Shown one piece after another: positions 1 through 11,637 of a stretch of 64,000 bases of DNA. The notes below the pieces were generated by a model. The model did no database searches. It had not been told where the DNA came from and was given only the letters and a program-made list of their open reading frames with translations. This stretch comes from Amoebophrya sp. A120 (taxonomy: Eukaryota; Protista; Dinoflagellata). The DNA is taken from assembly GCA_905178155.1 (NCBI GenBank), contig CAJINV010000013.1, positions 3,250,823 through 3,314,822 on the forward strand. Reading direction: 5' to 3'. The position numbers and the translations under genes were made by a program. How positions within the stretch are numbered: the stretch's first letter is position 1; every line of letters starts with the position of its first letter.

Positions 1-1
1 A

Positions 2-655
2 TTGACCCCGTACGAATCCCACCTCTTCGCCGAGAGCTACCGGCTGACGGGGAATGCTACCGTGGCGACCTTCCTCGACAAGTGCGGGTTGTTCGAGGTT
101 TTCGAAACCCTGGACGACAACCGCGACGGCGTGTTGCAGTGTGACGAGTGCGCTTGCGAGGCGATGGACAGGAATGCGGATAATACGACGGACATCGGGG
201 AATTTTACCACTTTTGTGTGCAGGAAGAGGAGATTTCGAACATGAGAAGCTGCGACGACGATGATGACGTCGAGGAGCTCGGGCTCCTCCTGGACAATCA
301 AGCTACTAACCACATCGGGACCCGGGAGCAACAAGACGCGGGAGAAACCGTTTCCGCGTTTCTGGAACCTCCGCAATATCGAGACGACGATTCCTTTTAT
401 ACCGCAGCAAGCGACGAGAGCGATGTCAGTTTCAACGACAACTACGCCGAAGATGTGCCAATGCTTGATCATCTTCACGGGGATCGATCCGCGCCGACAT
501 TCGGAGGGCACGAACAGGGTCGTGTAAATTCCAAAACAAGGGCAAAGAGGGGTCCAGGGAGACGAGAAGGAGTGGAGCCGGGCGGAGCCTGTTCAGACGA
601 TGCTTCTCCTCCTGTTGGTCGCCCCGCAGCAGGGAAGCGAAAGGGAAATGGGTAA
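2..655 (+). CDS. 3' part of an EF-hand-containing protein (5' end outside window)
   Basis: ORF open from the window edge; EF-hand-like loops DDNRDGVLQCDE and DRNADNTTDIGE; acidic low-complexity tail; stop at 655. Confidence 0.6.
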   Translation: MTPYESHLFAESYRLTGNATVATFLDKCGLFEVFETLDDNRDGVLQCDECACEAMDRNADNTTDIGEFYHFCVQEEEISNMRSCDDDDDVEELGLLLDNQATNHIGTREQQDAGETVSAFLEPPQYRDDDSFYTAASDESDVSFNDNYAEDVPMLDHLHGDRSAPTFGGHEQGRVNSKTRAKRGPGRREGVEPGGACSDDASPPVGRPAAGKRKGNG

Positions 656-2041
656 AGACGGTATTCCGGACTTTGTTGTCGTACGATTGCCAAGAAAATT
701 TGTATAAAATGAAAAAAGCTTCTGGATGGTGTTCGTCTCACTTCATCAAAAAGCTCCGCATTCATTTTAGCTGAGCCGCTGCTCTTCACTTCCTCTTGCT
801 GCTTGTACTTTCTCGTTCGCACGTTAGATCTTTCACTACTTACTTCAGTTGATGACGAACTTGACCTCGCAAACCCGGAGGAGCCAAGGTCAGGGACGCC
901 AAGGTCACGGTCGCGAGAGCAAACGATGCCCCCTTATAGCGGAAGAAGTTGGGATCACGCGTTTCCGGGCGTTGGCCGGGGTGCGAGAGGGGTGAGACCT
1001 ATCTCAACAAAGCACTGTCAGACTATGACTAGCTTCATGCTTCATGTTCGCACAGAAAATATATCCTTTCCCAGTACGGCTACGGGTGCGAGGGCGGCTG
1101 CGAACATCAGGAGTATTGTAAGCATATTGCATGGCATTCCTGTTGGAGGGAAGCGGACTAGCTGCCTTTGATGCGTATCATCACGATGAAGCATGAGCTC
1201 GGCAGGATTCCGCAATGCTTGCGAAGCGTTTTTAGCATACTTTTCTCTTCGGATAATGCAATGCTGCAAAAGATCAAATATTATACGTGTTTTGCTTGTA
1301 GATTTGCACGTACAGCAGTCACTCGCACGCCTAAAGAAGCGAGCACGCATATTGGTTTTAGGTTTGGCCCTAAGATAGGAAGACAGTGGTTTGATCATCG
1401 ATACAGTGCGAGGGGAGCAGACCACGGCGACGAGGAGACAGTCGCTTTGTTTCTGCCATGCAGCCACAACAAGTCATAGACCCGGCCGATGTACACCTGT
1501 CGATGGATGGATTTCCAGCGCCGTAGTTGCGTCATGATGACACAAATCAAAAGCAAAACAAAGAACACAACGAACCCGAGCTGCATCTCCGTATGTGGGC
1601 TTGACTTTCAAGAACAAGATCTTCCGCTGCGTGAGCTTGTTCACAAGCGTACAGAATTCACATCAGCAGTGGCAGCATGTGATTTTGATCGAATTGAGAC
1701 TCAGGTCAGCATAACTTCTTCCGATGAGAGAGAGGATGCCTTGCAACACGTGATTCCGTATTAGTGTGTCAGGGTGAGTAGTGCTTCGTTCTACCTGCCT
1801 CACGTTGATGGGCAGTGTTGTGTTTGTTCAGTGGAAAACAGTGACTTACATTTCGTCTGTAGTGCGCTCCTAGAAGTTCAATTGGGTTCAAGCCCAAGGA
1901 TAAGGATTACTTTTACCCAGCGGCTGCTTGTTCATCCATCTTCGGTCAATAGCCCCTTCTGTTTTCCGACCCGAATCCCCTCCCAGTTTCACGCGGTCGC
2001 AATATAAAGAGCCAACAAAATACCTTTCCACCTCGTCCACC

Positions 2042-4093
2042 ATGATCGAAATCAACGGTTCCTCGAAGAGCGTGATGGAGAACCTGGTCCGCAGCCAGGC
2101 CCAGAACACGCTCCTGCTTCAGAAAAAATCCGCCTACTCGGTGCGGATCTCGAGGTTTGCGGTCATTCTCGGCGAAGTCGTCCGGTGCTTTATCCGTCGG
2201 AAATACTGGAAATTGCTCTTCGACCACCTGTCTTCCTCCTCGTTGAGAAGAACCGCCGCGGCGGAAAGACAAAGCAGAGAGGAGGAACAGCGAATAGTGG
2301 AACGAGGAGGGGGTGCGGGAGCGGGCGGAGTAGATCTAGAGGGAGGTCGTCGTGGCTTTCCTGCCAGAGGCGCCGCACCGCCGGGGCAAACACTGCGAAA
2401 TGGTGATTTTTATTTCCCCGAGCGCCGCACTGAAGTAGATGTAGATCTAGATGAAGAGCAACATTTTCATCGAAGCAACCACCCAGCACAGGTTCTCTCG
2501 TCTTCTGTGTCACCGGACGATGTGGACCGACGGCATCAACATCCTGCGAGCGCGAGCAAAGAAAGCTGGGACTTTCGCACTCAACTAGGACATTACAATC
2601 ACCGAGAGAGCAGCGCAGCTTTCGCAACGTCAGCTACCAGGAGTGGGCACCAATATCCATATCCGCAGGGAATCGAAGTTCGTGGGCCTGCCCCACAAGT
2701 AGAGGTGCCCTCTGCAAGCTCGTCGTCAAATAGACCAAATCAACCATTCTCAGCCACCATAGCAGGACCTAGTTTCACCTCAAGTTCGCACACCCAAGAC
2801 CCACTTCGTGTGGCTGCAGAGCGCGAGGACCACCTGAGCAGTAGGCTTCATCACCGGGGCCACAATAACGGCTTGTATGGTCCAGGTCCGGGTTCTCTAC
2901 CGAACCATGACAACCAGCAACACGGTGCGAGTTTTTCTACCAGACCCGCTGTTGGACCACCCTCGCGTGTTCTCAGCGTCCACCACTCCGCCCCTGCTGT
3001 GCACGAACTCTCAGACACCTTTTCTCGACCGAAGATCGTCTCGCAGTTGCGGTCGCACGTGTCCATGAGTGAAGCAATGCCTACTTCCGCCTCTGCTTCC
3101 TTGAAGCTTTCTGCTGGCGTCGACCAATCTAATCACCCGCTCTGCTTGTCGTCAAAGTCGACCGCACTTGGGAGCATCAGTGCAGCAGGGTCAGGAACGG
3201 GAAAATCCGCGCATAAGTGGGATGTCAGCGAGAAGCCCCACCTACCTTCAAGTACAACGTACGGGCAAAATGTGGACGGAGAAGAAAATACGGGCCGAAC
3301 TTTTATGGCAGCAATAAGTTCTTTCTCTTCTTCTAATATGGCTGCAGGGGGGTCTGGATTTGGGAGAAGTACCAACGGCCGGTCGCACATGCTGTCGAAG
3401 CCAACTGGTGTCTCGGCCTCCGCCTCGAAGGAATATTTGCAGGTATATTTGAATGAGGATTATTATTTCTAAGTATTTGATATATGTCTATAATCGATTT
3501 GGACTTGATTCAAAAGTATAGAATCGTGATTGTCCATCTAGTTCTAGATCTGGCGAGAAACTTACACTAGAGAAGATGATATGACAAAGGACTGCTCATT
3601 ACAGCCTTCAAACCATGTTCACCGCTCCGCCCTGCGCCGCATCCAGTCCGAGTTAGTGGAATCCACTGCAACTGCGAGTAAGTCATCTACTACCTTCACG
3701 TCGAGTAAAAAATACGCTGGCAGTGCCTTCATGACACCTGCGCCCACTGTACCCTCCACTGCAAACAATCGTCGCCCAGGGGCATTTTCGTCAGATGCCA
3801 TTTATGGAGGACAGAAAAACTTCACTGCGTCTATCTTCTCTACCCCTTCTGCAGGAGCTGCTAGTACAGGCGGCACTGGAAGTTGCAGTAGCGCTTCTGC
3901 CTCGGCAAGTGGAAACAAGTTGAAGCCGCACCGTACTAAGTCGGACTTCTACTCATGTACCACAGCGCGGACAAATCGCGATGTTGCGCCGGGAGGTAAG
4001 AATAGTAGCACAACGATGTCCGCCTTTCGGGGGACGAGTAGCGGACACACATCAACGAGGACCCAGCAGTTTTCCCGCCTCGGACCTTGGTAG
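2042..4093 (+). CDS. Hypothetical Ser-rich, largely disordered protein (at least 2 exons)
   Basis: ORFs 1928-3472 and 3581-4093 join in frame through a GT-AG intron 3443-3547 (YLQ|IWRETY). The start is uncertain; first ATG at 2042. Confidence 0.55.
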
Positions 4094-6031
4094 CGGTAAA
4101 TTCGCGCATACGAGGTTTTCTTTTCATACTAACTGCTCACCCACCACTTCTTTTCTAAAAAGCCATCTATACCAACAAGATCGTCTTGTCACCGCCAGAA
4201 GTAGAAGGCCTGCTACTGGCACGTATGAAATGCAACGACCTGCCGTCCAACGTACAACTAAATTTACTGCACCACATACCAATACCAAATGAAACGCTTC
4301 TCACGACTTGCCACCACGCTTCTTCTACCAAAAATGAAAATTACCATCCGTTTTGCAGAAGACACGCCACGAACCGACCGTGCATTACATACAGTTTTGC
4401 GTTTCCGCGATAGTAGCAGAGTTGTCTTCCCACACATCAGCTACTGCTGCGTCAGTTGTCTTGCTTTATCCCGCACCTGGATATCGGAGTACTTGACAAA
4501 CTGCAACAGCATTTTCGCAAAATTTTGAAAAGGTGTAGACTGCAAACGCACCAGCAGACACGTCTGCATGATTTTGACGAACATCTCAACATCCTCATGT
4601 GACCACGACGACTCTCTCCGCAATCTTTCTCTCTGTGACTAAAAGAATACTTGTACTTCTTTCACCCTTAGCCTACACTTGATCGATATACATTTAATTG
4701 CCCTCGAGATTACAGCATCGCTGCTATCTCATGGACATGGCGCGACGAGGGTATCGATGCAAGTGCCATATTGTAGTGGTCGCTCATCATGCTCCATCTA
4801 GATTAAAGGGCGAATAGCAATGGAGCTGCAGAACAGTCGCAGCATCACAAGTGAAGCGCATCCTTGTGGTTTGCTATCATTAGGCGTGAAAGATTTTTTC
4901 AAAACTGGTTTGTGTACCCTCAGCCCCAGCACGCCACATCGGCGTCGTCGGCAGCACGACTTAATTCTGGTCAACACTAGAATCGAGCAATGCAACGCAG
5001 CACGACTTTCCTCCTCGCTGCAGTCTGTGCTTTCAACAGCTGTTCATGTGGACGCCTTTGACCAAAGAACGAGCTCTACTTGGAAGCTCGTTCCACAATT
5101 ACACGACTAGAAAATCTGGATCAGGATGAAAATCTAAACAGCCCGTCGATCAGATTGTGCATCATCACGCCTTCCTCTAAGCTCGTTTCCCGTGCTATAA
5201 TTTCACCTGGGACCACGAGGGAGATCGCATAAAATTCTGGTGAGCTTCTAGTAGCAGTGACAGGAAAAACACGACGACCCTGACCCTCGGATCTTCATTG
5301 TTTTCATCTGCTCGATGATTATTGTGGATCCAAAAATGAAAATCGAAATTCGCAAGCACAAAATTCAAGGATCAGCGAAGGAATGTAGTGATGAAAGAAA
5401 GACAGAGCTGCTGAGGTATAAAAAATGGATCTGAAAGATGAAGCAACAATTTGAGTTCGATAGCCTGCAGCTTTGAACTTCTTTGAAGGAACTTTTGTGA
5501 GGACAAAACTTCTTTTGATCATCTTCTCTGCAACAAAAACCCTTCAGGCCTGTCCGAGGTGGTTTTTTAGACGGCTAGCAACGCAACAAGGGTCTACAAC
5601 AAAGTTTTAGTTTTTTTAATGTAGAGCATCAACCACAACAATTTGCATCAAGTGAAATTTAGATAAACGAGACCCGCTACAACTATCGATCGTTTTTGTT
5701 CATGAACTTTGAGGCCATTGTCTAGATTTTTGTGATGAAAAGCGTACGGGTTTAAGTTTGACGAACGTTTTAGATCCAGTGTTGCCGAAATTCTAAAGTT
5801 CGTTGAAACTTCTTCTAGCAACGACCCGCAAATAAAGCAAGTACAGCTGCCAACCCGCACGCAAAATGTCCTTTATTTCATCAACAAACATCATTATATC
5901 GGCCACATCAATTTGTCCTTGAGTCTGACCCTGTTACTTACGCGACCTCGAAGACTTGTGCTGCAGTGTCCTGTCTTGTTTGCTAGAAAAACATACCATA
6001 TCAAAAGGACAAGACGGCGACCAGCAGCATC

Positions 6032-9000
6032 ATGAGTGCGCGATCGAAGAGTTGCATGTCGGGCCCGAGTGTGGCCATTTTGGTCGCTACGTCCGTCTTG
6101 GTGGGATTGGCGGCAATCTTCTTCACCGTGCCAAGGGCCGAACATCATCCAGGTATACAACAAATTGTAAAAGGTCGCTGCTTGCCGCGTAATTCCGATG
6201 AGTTATAAAATTTATGACTTTCTTCTTCTTGTGCGTTATTTCATCCGTTTTTCTTTTTCCTCATGCGCTTGTTGAGCAAGCGCGTGTCTTTCTAATTTCG
6301 AGCAAAAACAAGAAATTCAAATTCGATTTATCTCCAAAAGTAAATCACCAAAACAGTGTACCAGCACGGCCCGGACCCGGAGGAGGAGCAAGATGCCTTC
6401 AACCAGATCCGAGATCCGACCGGCGAGGTAATTTCCTTGAAGAACCTCGCGGCTCCGGTGGACGAGGACGAGGTGTCTCGATTGACACTCGTATTAAATC
6501 CCAAATACGTCTCTACGCTGCCAAATCTGCGGGGCGTCGCCGCGCGGATATTACTCACCTTTTTGCACTGCGAGGCAGATGGTGCTGACAATGATGGTCA
6601 AGAGCAGCAGTGCAATAATATGCAGTCGCCCGTCGATGGGGTCGTGCAGCAAAATGCGGCGGCCGCAAGTCCTACTTCCGGTCATCAACACCCACATGGG
6701 TCTTCGCATCACCACCCGACCTCGGCGGTCGTATTAGCACCAGCAGGAGGACAGGGACACCAGCACAACCATCACCACGGACCTGGTGCACCAGCCCCAC
6801 CTCGTAACCACGGGCACAATCATCAAACGGCCGGGGGTGCCCCACCTGCGGCAAATACTACATGTTGCCACGGCCACACTACTGGTCCGCCGAAATTTTC
6901 CCCGGAGTCGCAGACGCAGGCGTTCCAGCAAAATTTACTATGGGCGCTGCGGGACAGCATTTACTCCACGCGGATCACCACCCTCACGTGGGATGTGATG
7001 GTAACCTTTTACACGGAAACGCTCGAAGACATGACGAAAACCACGACGACCACCGACTCGGACGGTGTCGAAATCTCGGATATCGAGTTGACCGAAGAGG
7101 CGAAGAACACGTGGCTCAGCGAGGAGGAGGTGCACAGCAAGTCCGTCGAGGCCTGCAAGCTGCTGATCGCGCGCCGCAAGTCGTGGGTGGTGTTTTTCGT
7201 GTACGACTTGTACCTGATGGGCGTCAGTCTGAAGACGCCGAGCAAGAAGGAAACTGTGCGGAACCCGGAAACCGGCGTGGACGAAGAGGTGGAAGTGGAA
7301 ATTTCCCTGAATGAGTACAAGAAATTGAAGGAAAGCGAGTGGAAAACGTGGAACACCGAAAAGCCGTGGAGAAGTGCGCCTGCCGGCGCGGCCATGGTGT
7401 TGAACCAGGCGATGGCAGCTCCTGCAGAAGATGACGATTCTCTTGCTCCTGTCGCAGCCGCGACAGCCACTGCAGTGCAACCAGCCACCTTTGGCGCCGA
7501 GGGATCTGATCCCTCTGCCGGAAGCAGTGCCAGTAGACCTGCTGGCGCGACTGGTAGCAGCGGACCAGCTTCTGCGGACCCTGTGCTCGGCGGAGGAGCA
7601 GCGGGAGGTGCAATAGGTGCACCTGCTGCACCGCCAGTTCCGACGCCTGGAGCAGGAGGAGATGATTTATCTGCAGCAGCTGTTCCGCCTCCGCCGCCAC
7701 CTCCAGCCGGGACATCTACTCCGCGTTCTCGCACGTCCCGTGGTGGTCGTTCCCGCGCGTCCTCTCCGTCTCGCGGTAGTCCATCAGGCGACAGCCCAAG
7801 CAACGATGGTTCCGACGGCGAGCGTGCGGGAGCAGCACCAGGAGCAAGTGGCTCGGGGTCTCCGCGTCTTGCCCCTTTTGCAAACGACGCGGGGCAGCTG
7901 CGGCAGCGGAGGCCAACACCAACACAAACAGGTGGTAGCAATTTCGCGCCGCCCGGCCCCGGTACAACAGGTGGGTGGCAAACGACCTGCTGCGGTGGAT
8001 CTTGCGGACCGTCTGCTTGCCGGGTGATTGCAGGGACGCAAGATCCTCTACCTCGTCAACAGACGTGTACATTTATTAGTCGGAGTTATAATTGGGGCAA
8101 CGCATCCGTACCAGTAAACTACACGGCACCGCATCCCGAAGGCGTTTGCAGGGCTGGGTGCCCGCACAATCATGGCTCCCCTAGAGGACAAGCAGGAGGA
8201 CTTGAGGAGGTCTGTCAACCCGCGCGGGCTGCAGCAAGTTTTTTGGCTTCTGGCACTGGCAGCAGCGCGGCTGGCCAACAACATCAAGCATCGCAGTTAC
8301 CATTGCTGAATGCGGGGACAAACAATGGGCAGCAGCAAGTAGTACAGGGTGCCGAACCAGAAGGAGAACCGGCGCCGCAACAAGGACCAGCACAGATAAA
8401 CGTGACCGCATCTCCCGGGGCGGCGTCGTCCTGCGGTGGTTGTCCCAGTTGCGCAAACAGCACTTTCCCGCTGACGCCAAGCACCACCGCTGCAGGTGGA
8501 TCTCTTTCAGCAAACTCCACTCCAAGCTCCCCGGGGAGCGCTGTGGGACCGATTCCCGCCAGCATCGTTGCAGGGGGCGGTGGCTGCGGTAGTGGGACAT
8601 GCGGGCACAATCACGGCGTTGTACCTCCCGCCCAACACCAGCAGCAAGCACCCGCCTCATCTTCAGGCGCGGCATCACCACCACCGCCAGCCGCATCTCC
8701 CGCAGCTGCACCTTCTTCAGGCGGTAGTTGCCCGCACCATCACGGCGGGGGTTGCTGCCCAGGGTATGGGCATCCGACCCCGGCGGCCGGATCTACAGCT
8801 TCAGGTCCTGTTGCTTCATCTCCGGTTGTAACTACTCCAGCCGCATCTCCCGCAGCTGCACCTTCTTCAGGCGGTAGTTGCCCGCACCATCACGGCGGGG
8901 GTTGCTGCCCAGGGTATGGGCATCCGACCCCGGCGGCCGGATCTACAGCTTCAGGTCCTGTTGCTTCATCTCCGGTTGTAACTACTCCAGCCGCATCTCC

Positions 9001-11637
9001 CGCAGCTGCACCTTCTTCAGGCGGTAGTTGCCCGCACCATCACGGCGGGGGTTGCTGCCCAGGGTATGGGCATCCGACCCCGGCGGCCGGATCTACAGCT
9101 TCAGGTCCTGTTGCTTCATCTCCGGTTGTAACTACTCCAGCCGCATCTACCGCAGCTGCACCTTCTGGCGGTTGCCCGCACCAGCATTCCGGGGGTTGCT
9201 GCCCGGGGCATCCGCATCAGACACCGGCAGCAGCAGCCACACCTGCCGCAGGAACAACGACGCCAGTTACTGCATCTCCTGCTGCACCATCTTCGGGTGG
9301 TTGTCCGCATGGCGGCTCCTGTTGCCATCATTCGCATTCCCCCGCCGCCGCACCGGCGGCCGCGCCAGCAGCGGGGACAGGCGGCGCGTGCCCGCACGGC
9401 GGAGCGTGTGGTGGCCACCATCACGGGCCAGCAACTACCCCCGCCGCAGGAGCAGGCGGTGCGTGCCCGCACGGCGGAGCGTGTGGCGGCCATACTCCCG
9501 CCACGGGAGCAGGCGGTGCGTGCCCGCACGGCGGAGCGTGTGGCGGCCACCATCACCACCCGCACACCGGAATGAACAACGCGCCACTTCAAATCGCTCC
9601 CCCAAAGGCCTTTGCCAGAGGATCAATCGGCGGCCCGAGAGCTGGACTCGTCAGAAATAATGGCCCACAACTGGTGCCTGCGCTGCAGAACATCATGAAC
9701 TCAATTCAGCCCCAGCAGCCCCAGAATATTAACCGCCATGGTCCTCAACATCATGCGCACAATCACGGCAACCACAATCCACCACAACTACCAGCAGGCC
9801 TCTCCTGGAACGCCGAGCCGGAACCGCACAACACCTTGAGTTTTGTGGACACGCGGATTCCCGTGACGATTCTGACCGGGCCCTTGGGCGCGGGCAAGAC
9901 CACCATTCTGAAGAACACGATCTTGAAGGGCGGCATGGGCCCGATCTTCGTTTTGGAAAACGACGTGGGTGCGGGGAACATCGACGCGGATCTCCTCGGA
10001 CAGAACGCCGGGTGGCAGGTGAAGGGCGTCGCCGGCGGGTGTGCGTGCTGCACCAAGTCGGGCGATTTGAAGCAGGCTTTGCACAGTTTGCTGGAGTCGG
10101 AAAACCAGAACTTCGTCGCCGTCGTCATCGAATTGAGCGGCGTCGCGGACCCGAAACCGATCATGGACTTGTTCGAGGAAGACTCCTTGCTCAGTTTAAG
10201 GTACTGTAGTATGGATTTAGCCGAAAATTTAGAGTCACATCCATCTTTACTCTAGAGGCACGGTCTATGTAGATGAAGTCTTGCGCTTTGCACATGCACC
10301 AACAAATTTGCAGAAAAAACTTTGCACTCCTACAGGAATTTTGATAAACATTGGAGTAGATTCGGTTCTTGAAGCTCCGATCTGAATAAAGATAAACTTA
10401 AGAAGGGCAACTCATGTACTTACTTTCTCAGGTTGAAGTTGGACGCGGTGCTTTGTGTCGCGGACTCCCGCGTGCTTCTCGAGCAGATTAAGGGCAAAAA
10501 GACGGTTAGAAAGAACGAGCTGTCCGTTGTCGCGCAAAGCCTTCTCAACGACGAGGCGCCGGAATTGTGGGAGGACGGACTCGACGCCACGGGCGAGAAC
10601 CAGATCAAGCACGCCAACCGGTTGTTTTTGAACAAATTGGGGGAATACGCGGGGGTGGGGAAGATGGAAGAGGAGGACTTGAAGACGCTGAGAAAACACT
10701 TGCAAGACACGCTGAAAAAACCCGCGGAAAGTCTCATGGAAATCCACAACAGCAAGGCGCTCGTGCCGCTGAATCAGGTATTATACATAGTTAGAGGATA
10801 GCACTCAACCAAATTTGTCTTTTTTGCAGCATTTCAAAAAGGAAAAATCATAGTTTGAATCTACGTGGAGGAGAATCTTCAAAGTAGAGAATCGGAACTT
10901 CCACTTTCAAATTTTCAACACAGATCCTCGACACCGACCTGTACGGGATTGAAAAGTGGCAGAAAGCTCTCCAGGCGTCCATCGCGCGCCCGCCCTGCGG
11001 CAACGGCAATTGCCCGCACAGTAATATCAACGCGAACAACGGAGCGGCAGCAGGAGGTGGTGGTGGGTGCTGCGGAAACCACAACCACGGACACCACCAC
11101 CACTCCCACGGAGGTGGTGGAGGTGGCGGTGGCTGCTGTGGCGGTCACGATCATGATGATGATGATGATGATGATCACAGCCACACAACGCACGGGGGAC
11201 ATAACCACCACCACCACCATCACCACCACCCTGGTGGCCATCATCACCACCACCACGGTGACATGGCGCACAAGCACCCGGCCCTGACGGTCGTCCCAGT
11301 CACCATCCCGCTCGCCGACGCCGAGAATCAATTGCCCTTAGTGGAGAAATTCGAGAAATTAGAGCAGTTTATCCAAAACGAGAAGTCCGTGCTGAAAGAG
11401 CTCGGGCGCCACGGTTTGCTGCAGCGAATGAAGGGGTTTGTGCGCACAAGGGATAACAAACTGTATTTGATTCAGGGGCGACGGGAGAACTACGAAATCA
11501 CCGAATACGACATGAAAAAGCTGCCAAAAAGGCAGGACGGCTCGGAGATTGACGCGGTGAAGTTGGTCTTTATCGGGAAATACCTGGACAAACAAAGAAT
11601 CCAAGAATGGGTGGAGAGAGAATGGACGAAAATGTAG
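6032..11637 (+). CDS. CobW/COG0523 (ZNG1-like) G3E P-loop GTPase metallochaperone with N-terminal hydrophobic segment and a very long His/Cys-rich extension (~1,674 aa)
   Basis: Exons 6032-6152, 6357-10200, 10432-10777, 10924-11637 with three in-frame GT-AG introns. Motifs IPVTILTGPLGAGKTT (Walker A), VLEND, GGCACC (CxCC), VVIELSGVADP, LFLNK, a poly-His linker and a CobW_C-like end (LQRMKGFV...LVFIGK). Confidence 0.85.
8687..9148 (+). repeat. Coding tandem repeat, 150 bp (50 aa) x3 identical copies plus a partial
   Basis: Sequence at 8701, 8851 and 9001 is identical. Unit PAASPAAAPSSGGSCPHHHGGGCCPGYGHPTPAAGSTASGPVASSPVVTT. Followed by degenerate copies and GGACPHGGACGGH x3 to ~9560. Confidence 0.95.

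Noticed and set aside
7009-7941. Long minus-strand ORFs opposite GC-rich exons (also 20386-21244 and 43868-44503)
   Set aside because: Shadow ORFs of GC-rich or repetitive + strand coding sequence with no independent protein features.
10865-11331. Poly-Thr/Met and poly-Val/Ile ORFs in the ORF track
   Set aside because: Alternative frames of the (CAC)/(GAT) repeats encoding the poly-His/Asp linker of the CobW protein.
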